Below are positions 27,857 through 33,565 of a stretch of 63,522 nucleotides of DNA, piece by piece. This DNA is from a virus (Duplodnaviria; Caudoviricetes). The position numbers and the translations under genes were made by a program. Below the pieces are notes generated by a model. It did not search any database. It was not told the origin of the DNA and saw nothing but the letters and a program-made list of their open reading frames with translations. How positions within the stretch are numbered: position 1 is the stretch's first letter; each line of letters begins with the position of its first letter. The stretch lies in the IMG/VR virus record IMGVR_UViG_3300032234_000384, positions 1-63,522 of that record; one strand, 5' to 3'.

Positions 27857-27857
27857 G

Positions 27858-28052
27858 TTATGTCATTTGATCTATGTTATTACCGATTTTTTGTGTCGAA
27901 TCTATTTGACCATTTTTCGTGTACGTTTGATACGTAAACTCTACCACATCTTTAATTTTTACTCCGGCATCATCAACAATGGTTTTCCTTTTTGTCGTGC
28001 GGATTAAATCGTAGTATATATGTGTTTGTGTTGATACAGAAGACACGTGCAT
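27858..28052 (-). CDS. Small hypothetical protein
   Basis: 64 aa, AAAGGAG RBS, fills the gap between tRNAs. Confidence 0.6.
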   Translation of the reverse strand: MHVSSVSTQTHIYYDLIRTTKRKTIVDDAGVKIKDVVEFTYQTYTKNGQIDSTQKIGNNIDQMT

Positions 28053-28068
28053 ATAGAAAACTCCTTTA

Positions 28069-28142
28069 TGGTGCTCTCAACAAGAATTGAACTTGTGTTT
28101 CACCCTTACCAAGGGTGTGTAATGCCATTATACTATGAGAGC
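28069..28142 (-). tRNA. tRNA-Thr(GGT)
   Basis: TTGGTAA loop, CCA. Confidence 0.9.
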
Positions 28143-28147
28143 GAAAT

Positions 28148-28275
28148 TGGTGGAGATGGTGGGATTCGAACCGCACACAAGAACTTTTACAGAGTTATAG
28201 CTTAGGTTGTTGCAGAACTTATCCTTTACAGGATAATTTTTTTGCTTTGCTATGCTACCATTACATCACATCTCC
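28148..28275 (-). ncRNA. tRNA-Tyr-like / Y-motif hybrid RNA A5
   Basis: GGAGATG/CATCTCC-ACCA acceptor, D-arm, inserted TTATCCT-GTAA-AGGATAA-GTTCTGCAA, CTGTAAA loop, T-arm. Confidence 0.75.
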
Positions 28276-28280
28276 AAAAT

Positions 28281-28355
28281 TGGTGGGGTGCCGCAGATTC
28301 AAACTGCGTTCTCTCGGCTTAAGAGGCCGGACTTCATCATCAAAGTTTGCTCCCC
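28281..28355 (-). tRNA. tRNA-Lys(CTT), atypical
   Basis: CTCTTAA loop, CCA; D-loop lacks GG. Confidence 0.75.
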
Positions 28356-28453
28356 ATATAGAAACACACTAACGAACCTGGTTGTGGGATTCGAACCCAC
28401 GTTTTCCCGTAGCACCAGCGGCACTGCTACTTACCGATCAATGTATTTCTATA
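28356..28453 (-). ncRNA. Long-terminal-stem ncRNA (family B) with internal T-arm
   Basis: TATAGAAATACATT/AGTGTGTTTCTATA stem; GTGGG-TTCGAAT-CCCAC inside. Confidence 0.6.
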
Positions 28454-28529
28454 TGGTGCGTCCTAGAGGGATCGAACCTCTTTCCACGGTGCTTCAAACC
28501 GTTGCTATGACCACATCAGCTAAAGACGC
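28454..28529 (-). tRNA. tRNA-Phe(GAA)
   Basis: TTGAAGC loop, CCA. Confidence 0.85.
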
Positions 28530-28581
28530 AAATGACACACTACTTATCTCATTGTACGCCGAGTGTCATGGCGATATTGAA

Positions 28582-28783
28582 TTTGTAAGTAGTTCCACCA
28601 CGTTATTGGAACCATTCAGCCGATTATACAAGTCCGGACGGCAGTCGGTACGCCACTTGGAATACTCGTCAGAGGAAACCCAAACGTTACTAAGATGGGA
28701 TACGAGCCCATACCTCTTTTTACACTGAAAGGTCCTTCGAAGTAACCTAGACAATGTGACTTTCTCTTGCTGACACTTACAAA
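28582..28783 (-). ncRNA. Probable divergent long member of the CAGCAA RNA family
   Basis: TTTGTAAGT/ACTTACAAA terminal stem followed by GTCAGCAA. Confidence 0.5.
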
Positions 28784-28786
28784 ACT

Positions 28787-28862
28787 TGGTACCTGGTGTT
28801 GGACTCGAACCAACATCGCTCTCCTTGTAAGGGAGACGTATCACCTCTCTACGCAACCAGGC
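28787..28862 (-). tRNA. tRNA-Val(TAC)
   Basis: CTTACAA loop, CCA. Confidence 0.88.
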
Positions 28863-28863
28863 A

Positions 28864-29106
28864 TTAATCTTCAAATACTGCAATCACATCATCAATGTGA
28901 ATGCGATACATTTCTTTCTCTATTTTATACGCTTTATTCCAATTTAGCAATAGTTCTTCACCAATCTTTACCGAATCAACGGAAGTGGCAACAACAATTG
29001 CACGATCCGGTTCCATTGAACTTTGTAAAATAATACCACCAGAAGAAACTTTCTCAGGTGCTTTTCGTTCAATGATAACACCATTATTCAATGGAACATA
29101 CGTCAT
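28864..29106 (-). CDS. groES: GroES-like co-chaperonin
   Basis: PL...VII, SSGGIIL, A.VVA, DDVIAV. Confidence 0.8.
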   Translation of the reverse strand: MTYVPLNNGVIIERKAPEKVSSGGIILQSSMEPDRAIVVATSVDSVKIGEELLLNWNKAYKIEKEMYRIHIDDVIAVFED

Positions 29107-29127
29107 AAAATATCCTTTTTAAAAAAT

Positions 29128-29202
29128 TGGGGTAACTAATGGGTATCGATCCCATGCTACGACTTTCACAGAGTCGGGTGCTACCATTACACCATAGCCA
29201 CC
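29128..29202 (-). tRNA. tRNA-His(GTG)
   Basis: CTGTGAA loop, G-1/C73, CCA. Confidence 0.88.
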
Positions 29203-29210
29203 ATAAAAAC

Positions 29211-29284
29211 TGGAGCGGGTAGAGAGAATCGAACTCTCACATTAACCTTGGCAAGGTCATAAGCTACCATTACATCATACCCGC
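29211..29284 (-). tRNA. tRNA-Gly(GCC)
   Basis: TTGCCAA loop, TCCA. Confidence 0.9.
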
Positions 29285-29290
29285 AACAAC

Positions 29291-29776
29291 TTAATCCGCC
29301 ATTTCTTGTTCTGCAAGAATCCGCTTTAGACGGTCTGCACAGAAAGAAGCGGCTGGTGCATCTGGTTTAACCATTGGTGTCATGTTACATGTACCTTTGA
29401 TATAACCAATTGCTTGTTGAACAACACAAGAAGAACCGTGTTCATCAGACTTGTTAAGGTCTAGGTGAACTTCAACATGACGGTCTTCTAGCACATCTTG
29501 CATTTCCTGAAACAACTCGGAAACTTTATATACTTCTGTCATCAGACGCATAGCAGGCTTGGACTTCTTGTGGTCATAATCCAATTCACGGTCAACAAAT
29601 CCGAAGATTTTACAACCGTGGCGACCATCGATATGAACAACGACAGCCAAAGCGTAATCTGCATACCAAACACCGTTAACACGCATACGTTCGGAATCTG
29701 CACCAAGGTAAACACGTGTGTCTGGACCTTGAGCCATAATAAAGTCTTTTACTTTTTGGATATCGAAATTTTTCAT
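29291..29776 (-). CDS. RNase H-like YkuK-family protein
   Basis: YLGADS, RL..E, EVHLDLN, KP.A.AAS..AD. Confidence 0.75.
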   Translation of the reverse strand: MKNFDIQKVKDFIMAQGPDTRVYLGADSERMRVNGVWYADYALAVVVHIDGRHGCKIFGFVDRELDYDHKKSKPAMRLMTEVYKVSELFQEMQDVLEDRHVEVHLDLNKSDEHGSSCVVQQAIGYIKGTCNMTPMVKPDAPAASFCADRLKRILAEQEMAD

Positions 29777-29791
29777 ATCATTTCCTTAAAT

Positions 29792-29865
29792 TGGCATCCC
29801 GCCAGGGACTCGAACCCCGACCAACAGTTTTGGAGACTGGTATGCTGCCATTACACTAGCGAGAT
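29792..29865 (-). tRNA. tRNA-Trp(CCA)
   Basis: CTCCAAA loop, GCCA. Confidence 0.9.
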
Positions 29866-29873
29866 ATTATTTT

Positions 29874-30047
29874 TCAACTACTTTTTTCAGAATTGGAATT
29901 AGCAAGTCTTACAAACTCCTCATCTTCAATTTTTTGATCTTCTTCTTCTTTCAAATCACGACTAAAGATTGCATCCCAACGTTTTGAGTATTCGTCATTT
30001 GCAATGCTGAATGGTCGTGGTCTTGAACCTTTTCCACCATCACTCAT
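29874..30047 (-). CDS. Small hypothetical protein
   Basis: MSDGGKGSRPRP...WDAIF; AAGGA RBS. Confidence 0.6.
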   Translation of the reverse strand: MSDGGKGSRPRPFSIANDEYSKRWDAIFSRDLKEEEDQKIEDEEFVRLANSNSEKSS

Positions 30048-30174
30048 ATAATCTTCCTTTAATGTCTTTTTGTTGAGCCTTGCGTTCTGTTTTCCAGAAC
30101 ACACGTTTAAAATCTCTTAGGTGTTTCCACCACTGTGGAGCACCAGTCAGATTGCCTTTTTTAACATTAGCCAT
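30040..30174 (-). CDS. Small basic hypothetical protein (44 aa, absent from ORF track)
   Basis: AGGAG RBS; MANVKKGNLTGAPQWWKHLRDFKRVFWKTER. Confidence 0.55.
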   Translation of the reverse strand: MANVKKGNLTGAPQWWKHLRDFKRVFWKTERKAQQKDIKGRLYE

Positions 30175-30191
30175 TTGGAACTCCTAAAAAT

Positions 30192-30266
30192 TGGCCGGTC
30201 CTGAGAGAATCAAACTCCCACTTCTAGGTTCGTAGCCTAGTGTAATATTCATTTTACTAAGGACCG
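30192..30266 (-). tRNA. tRNA-Arg(ACG)
   Basis: CTACGAA loop, GCCA. Confidence 0.85.
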
Positions 30267-30269
30267 AAT

Positions 30270-30344
30270 TGGTGGTGCTAGAAGGTACCGAGCCTTCCTC
30301 ATCGGCTTATGAAACCGTTACGCATCCGTCTACGTCATAGCACC
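30270..30344 (-). tRNA. tRNA-Met(CAT), atypical T-loop
   Basis: TTCATAA loop, ACCA. Confidence 0.75.
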
Positions 30345-30447
30345 ATATAGAAACACACTGATGTTTTGAGGCTCTTAAACTAGGCACGTGGACTTAATTT
30401 GCCAAATGCCACGGACTTCCCGGTCCTGATCTCAATGTGTTTTTATA
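30345..30447 (-). ncRNA. Long-terminal-stem ncRNA (family B)
   Basis: TATAAAAACACATTGA/TCAGTGTGTTTCTATA stem, near-identical to the ends of 28356-28453. Confidence 0.6.
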
Positions 30448-30522
30448 TGGTGGAATCACGGGGAATCGAACCCCGAACTGTAACTTGCAAGGCTACTGCG
30501 TTCCCAATTACGCCATGACCCC
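30448..30522 (-). tRNA. tRNA-Ala(TGC)
   Basis: CTTGCAA loop, G3-U70, ACCA. Confidence 0.92.
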
Positions 30523-30528
30523 ATATAC

Positions 30529-30591
30529 AACAGAATAGTTTTTGCGTTTTCAATTACAAGTTGAATGCTTTATATTTGCTGAACCTATTCT
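30529..30591 (-). ncRNA. Y-RNA-like RNA A6 displaying a Thr(TGT) anticodon arm
   Basis: AGAATAG/CTATTCT, GTTCAGCAA; TTCAA-CTTGTAA-TTGAA. Confidence 0.72.
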
Positions 30592-30596
30592 AAATC

Positions 30597-30755
30597 TTAC
30601 TTCTTGCTTGAAGGCTGACGGATATCAGACTTCAAAATATCAACGAAACTTTTAATAACCGATCCACGCTTATGTGCATCAAGTTCCGATGCGGCCAAAC
30701 GTTTCACACTCTTAGGCACTTTTACTGCCTTTGCATCATAACCACGACAAGTCAT
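30597..30755 (-). CDS. Small basic hypothetical protein (52 aa, absent from ORF track)
   Basis: AAGGAG RBS; MTCRGYDAKAVKVPKSVKRLAA. Confidence 0.55.
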   Translation of the reverse strand: MTCRGYDAKAVKVPKSVKRLAASELDAHKRGSVIKSFVDILKSDIRQPSSKK

Positions 30756-30776
30756 AAAAACTCCTTTTAATAAAAA

Positions 30777-30851
30777 TGGCTCCAGTGGCAGGGATCGAAC
30801 CTACGACCAATTGATTAACAGTCAACTGCACTACCGCTGTGCTACACTGGA
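30777..30851 (-). tRNA. tRNA-Asn(GTT)
   Basis: CTGTTAA loop, GCCA. Confidence 0.92.
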
Positions 30852-30859
30852 ATAAAAAC

Positions 30860-30925
30860 AACAGGATGATTTTTGTCGCTAGACAACCAAAAAGTTTAGC
30901 TAATTTTATTTGCTGTACTCATCCT
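30860..30925 (-). ncRNA. Y-RNA-like RNA A7
   Basis: AGGATGA/TCATCCT, GTACAGCAA; hairpin with TTTTGGT loop. Confidence 0.68.
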
Positions 30926-30931
30926 AAAAAC

Positions 30932-31005
30932 TGGTCTCGATGGCAAGAATCGAACTTGCGCCACATGCTCCCAAAGCACGGATGATACCATTTCACCACA
31001 CCGAG
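30932..31005 (-). tRNA. tRNA-Pro(TGG)
   Basis: TTTGGGA loop, ACCA. Confidence 0.9.
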
Positions 31006-31010
31006 AAAAC

Positions 31011-31076
31011 TGGAGCAGTCACTACGATTCCCACGTAGATGATGGGTGGACCCCATCACGGTTAATATCCGACTGC
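31011..31076 (-). ncRNA. Minimised tRNA-Gly-like RNA
   Basis: GCAGTC/GACTGC-TCCA acceptor, GGTCCAC loop, non-canonical D and T loops; 66 nt. Confidence 0.6.
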
Positions 31077-31084
31077 ATAAAAAC

Positions 31085-31158
31085 TGGAGCGGAGTGAGAG
31101 AATCGAACTCTCAACAACAGATTGGAAATCTGTAGTTTTACCATTAAACTAACCCCGC
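31085..31158 (-). tRNA. tRNA-Gly(TCC)
   Basis: TTTCCAA loop, TCCA. Confidence 0.92.
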
Positions 31159-31166
31159 AAAATACT

Positions 31167-31240
31167 TGGTGCCCCATGACAGAATCGAACTGCCGTAACC
31201 GCGTTACAAAGGCGGTGTAATACCATTATACTAATAGGGC
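31167..31240 (-). tRNA. tRNA-Thr(TGT)
   Basis: TTTGTAA loop, ACCA. Confidence 0.88.
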
Positions 31241-31245
31241 AAAAT

Positions 31246-31319
31246 TGGGAGCAGGTGACAGATTCGAACTGCCGATGCACCTGGCTTATGAGACCGGTGT
31301 GGTGACCACCCTACCTGCA
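31246..31319 (-). tRNA. tRNA-CAT with truncated D-arm (initiator-like 1:72 mismatch)
   Basis: CTCATAA loop, T-arm, CCA; D region only GGTGGTCACC. Confidence 0.6.
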
Positions 31320-31325
31320 AAACTT

Positions 31326-31354
31326 ATTATAACATACTTTATATATGTTGGCAA
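31326..31354 (-). promoter_or_regulatory. Sigma70-type promoter
   Basis: TTGCCA-17-TATAAT with TGn extension. Confidence 0.7.
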
Positions 31355-31355
31355 C

Positions 31356-31443
31356 TGGTGGAGCCTGAAGGAATCGAACCATCCGCCAACCACCCCTCAA
31401 TTAAAGGCAACGGATTTACAGTCCGCTGAGAGGAACAGGCTCC
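31356..31443 (-). tRNA. tRNA-Tyr(GTA) lacking a normal D-arm
   Basis: GCGGA-CTGTAAA-TCCGT, T-arm, ACCA; 10-nt D region and 25-nt variable region. Confidence 0.65.
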
Positions 31444-31451
31444 AAAAATAC

Positions 31452-31511
31452 AACAGAATCCGCTTTTAGTTTCATTTTCAGTGAAAGTTTTTTATTTGCT
31501 GAATGGATTCT
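31452..31511 (-). ncRNA. Y-RNA-like RNA A8 displaying a Phe(GAA) anticodon arm
   Basis: AGAATCC/GGATTCT, ATTCAGCAA; TTTCA-CTGAAAA-TGAAA. Confidence 0.72.
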
Positions 31512-31517
31512 AAAACT

Positions 31518-31591
31518 TGGTCCTCTCGACAAGAATTGAACTTGTGATAACCGCTTATCAAGCGGACGTTATACCATTTAACTACAAGAGG
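31518..31591 (-). tRNA. tRNA-Ile(GAT)
   Basis: TTGATAA loop, ACCA. Confidence 0.88.
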
Positions 31592-31600
31592 AAAACTAAC

Positions 31601-31675
31601 TGGCGGTCCTAAGGGGTAACGATCCCCTTCTTTTGGCGTGACAAGCCAACGTGCGTCCATGAACACTTTAGAACC
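31601..31675 (-). tRNA. tRNA-Asp(GTC)
   Basis: TTGTCAC loop, GCCA. Confidence 0.85.
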
Positions 31676-31682
31676 TAAAACA

Positions 31683-31758
31683 TGGTGCCCTAGGAGAGAC
31701 TCGAACTCTCAGAACCTGGTTTCTAAGACCAGTACGTATACCATTCCGTCACCAGGGC
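31683..31758 (-). tRNA. tRNA-Leu(TAG), short variable loop
   Basis: CTTAGAA loop, ACCA. Confidence 0.88.
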
Positions 31759-31768
31759 AAAAATCATT

Positions 31769-31842
31769 TGGTAGGGCTGGAGAGAATCGAACTCTCGTTG
31801 ACCGGTTAAAAGCCGGATATTCTGCCATTGAATTACAACCCC
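31769..31842 (-). tRNA. tRNA-Lys(TTT)
   Basis: CTTTTAA loop, ACCA. Confidence 0.9.
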
Positions 31843-31847
31843 ATACT

Positions 31848-32000
31848 ACCATTTGTTTAGTGTTATCGTGCCCATTTGCCAACAAAGGTGCTTCCTCTGG
31901 CAAGCGACTAGCGGTTATATTAGGACCTGTTCCTCGCACAGTTAGGCCCGCATAGCTATAGCGTCCTATAGCGATACCCTGATAACACTAAACAAATGGT
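31848..32000 (-). ncRNA. Long-terminal-stem ncRNA (family B-like)
   Basis: 20-bp perfect inverted repeat ACCATTTGTTTAGTGTTATC enclosing a GC-rich multi-hairpin core. Confidence 0.6.
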
Positions 32001-32071
32001 ACACCGTACGGGTAACGATCCCGTCTAGTCACCTTGAAAGGGTGATGACCTCACCTGAAGTCGAACGGTGT
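31997..32071 (-). tRNA. tRNA-Glu(TTC)
   Basis: CTTTCAA loop, ACCA. Confidence 0.85.
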
Positions 32072-32077
32072 ACAAAA

Positions 32078-32183
32078 AATTACACTTAACTTTTTAAAGA
32101 ACATTTGATTGATTTCTCAATTCATGGATGAATTATATCACAACCAGAATCTTTGTCAACCATGTTGTTGTAATTTAACAACA
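32078..32183 (-). promoter_or_regulatory. rrn-like promoter with boxB-boxA leader and upstream palindrome
   Basis: TTGACA-16-TATAAT (32159-32132); ATTGA-GAAA-TCAAT; TGTTCTTTAAAAA; TGTTG-N8-CAACA. Confidence 0.7.
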
Positions 32184-32191
32184 ACTAAATT

Positions 32192-32267
32192 TGGAGTCGG
32201 TAACAGGATTCGAACCTGCATGTAACGGATTTGCAATCCGCTCCCTAGCCTTTCGGGTCACACCGAC
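32192..32267 (-). tRNA. tRNA-Cys(GCA)
   Basis: TTGCAAA loop, TCCA. Confidence 0.9.
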
Positions 32268-32455
32268 ATATCTTTCTTGCGAGATATCCATCCATTATAC
32301 AACGGATCTTTTACCTCGTCAACACCAAACTTACCAACAATTTCAAAGTCCGGACCCTTGATGGTCACAAACTCATTCATATGTTTAGCAAGATTCATTG
32401 CTTCGGCAAGTGTAAGAACCTTGAACGATTCTTCTTTTCCTATCACTTTAAACAT
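32258..32455 (-). CDS. Small hypothetical protein
   Basis: AAGGTGAG RBS; FVTI...FEIVGKFGVD. Confidence 0.55.
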   Translation of the reverse strand: MFKVIGKEESFKVLTLAEAMNLAKHMNEFVTIKGPDFEIVGKFGVDEVKDPLYNGWISRKKDMSV

Positions 32456-32469
32456 ACTCACCTTTCATT

Positions 32470-32561
32470 TGGTACCTCGACTGAGAATCGAACTCAGATG
32501 AACCAATTATCTGTTGCTTACGGGATATAAATCCGCCGTTTTACCATTAAACTACCGAGGC
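32470..32561 (-). tRNA. tRNA-Ile(TAT) with an extra arm
   Basis: TTTATAT loop; extra hairpin AAGCAA-CAGATAA-TTGGTT; ACCA. Confidence 0.7.
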
Positions 32562-32562
32562 A

Positions 32563-32654
32563 TGGTGGTGAGTGTGGGATTTGAACCCACGGACCCAATT
32601 TCTTGAGCCAACACCTTAGCAGGGTGCCGATTTAAACCACTCATCCAACTCACC
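32563..32654 (-). tRNA. tRNA-Ser(GCT)
   Basis: CTGCTAA loop, long variable arm. Confidence 0.9.
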
Positions 32655-32662
32655 ATATTAAT

Positions 32663-32749
32663 TGGAGGAAGGTAACAGAATCGAACTGTCACCCCGTCAA
32701 GGATGGACCGGATTTCAAGTCCAGTTAGCTTCCAAAGCATCTACCTTCC
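32663..32749 (-). tRNA. tRNA-Ser(TGA)
   Basis: CTTGAAA loop, long variable arm, TCCA. Confidence 0.82.
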
Positions 32750-32751
32750 AA

Positions 32752-33165
32752 TTATGTTCCACGATAATACTTTGCCCTAGGTCTTCCTTGTTTCTTGTTT
32801 GCACCTTTCCAGGTTGCAGTCAATGAGTGACAATTTGGACATAAAAGTTTTAGATTATCTTCTTTGTTGTTGGTGTAATCACCATCAACATGTTCTAATT
32901 CTAATGGTATTTTGTCAGTAAATATGTTTGTTTTAGACCAACCACATTCACAACATTTGTTTTCATACTTCTCAAAAAGATAACGGCGTATATGATATGA
33001 TGTTGCGGTTTTACCTCGCATTCCATCATGTTCGTCGTTTTTCCATTGTTTGATGAATTCTTTATATTGATAGTCATTTTGACATTTAACATCACAATAT
33101 TTTTTATTCTGTGATGGATAAGCATCAAATTCTTTATTGCAACATAAACACTTATAAGTTTCCAT
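32752..33165 (-). CDS. HNH endonuclease
   Basis: CxxC pairs, LELEHVDG...N...NL.LLCPNCHS. Confidence 0.85.
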   Translation of the reverse strand: METYKCLCCNKEFDAYPSQNKKYCDVKCQNDYQYKEFIKQWKNDEHDGMRGKTATSYHIRRYLFEKYENKCCECGWSKTNIFTDKIPLELEHVDGDYTNNKEDNLKLLCPNCHSLTATWKGANKKQGRPRAKYYRGT

Positions 33166-33220
33166 AAAAATCTCCTTCAATATTATTTATACCGATAGTG
33201 ATTTATACAGTCGCTCATTA

Positions 33221-33317
33221 CCATATTAAAACACATTACCTTCACTCACTTACGATTGACGTAACCAGCGGAAGTTAATGACCTGCTCATGTGTCACTAT
33301 AACATGTTTTAATATGG
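33221..33317 (-). ncRNA. Long-terminal-stem ncRNA (family B)
   Basis: CCATATTAAAACATGTTA/TAATGTGTTTTAATATGG. Confidence 0.55.
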
Positions 33318-33388
33318 CACCCGAGGTAGGAATCGAACCTACAATAACAGAGTCAAAGTCTGGTGTGTTACCACTACACTACTCGGGA
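33315..33388 (-). tRNA. tRNA-Gln(TTG)
   Basis: CTTTGAC loop, GCCA. Confidence 0.9.
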
Positions 33389-33391
33389 TCA

Positions 33392-33497
33392 AATTACACT
33401 TAACTTTTTAAAGAACGTTGTTGATTTCTCAACTGAAGATACGTATTGTACAGGCTTTTTAAACTTTGTCAACACATGTTGTTGTAAGATTACAACA
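33392..33497 (-). promoter_or_regulatory. rrn-like promoter with boxB-boxA leader and upstream palindrome
   Basis: TTGACA-16-TACAAT (33472-33445); GTTGA-GAAA-TCAAC; CGTTCTTTAAAAA; TGTTG-N8-CAACA. Confidence 0.7.
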
Positions 33498-33502
33498 TCT
33501 CC

Positions 33503-33538
33503 AAACAAAAACCCTCAGATTTTTTAGGTCTGAGGGTT
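33503..33538 (-). terminator. Intrinsic terminator of the leader/attenuator
   Basis: AACCCTCAGA-loop-TCTGAGGGTT followed by a U-tract. Confidence 0.8.
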
Positions 33539-33565
33539 GTGAAACTTTGGTTTACTTTTATAGAT

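Noticed and set aside
28454-28529. Possible UGA suppressor tRNA (ttcaaa on the plus strand)
   Set aside because: The gene is on the minus strand and the anticodon is GAA; no suppressor anticodons were found and core genes read through in the standard code, so there is no sign of recoding
28252-28883. ORFs 28252-28728(+), 28566-28883(-) and 28616-28816(-)
   Set aside because: They overlap tRNAs and structured RNAs, lack an RBS and show no protein-like motifs
30345-30447. SRP RNA (TCAGGACCGGGAAG resembles the SRP loop)
   Set aside because: The downstream GCAGC half of the conserved SRP motif is missing
31245-32740. ORFs at 31245, 31478, 31638, 31709 and 32552
   Set aside because: Shadows of tRNA genes
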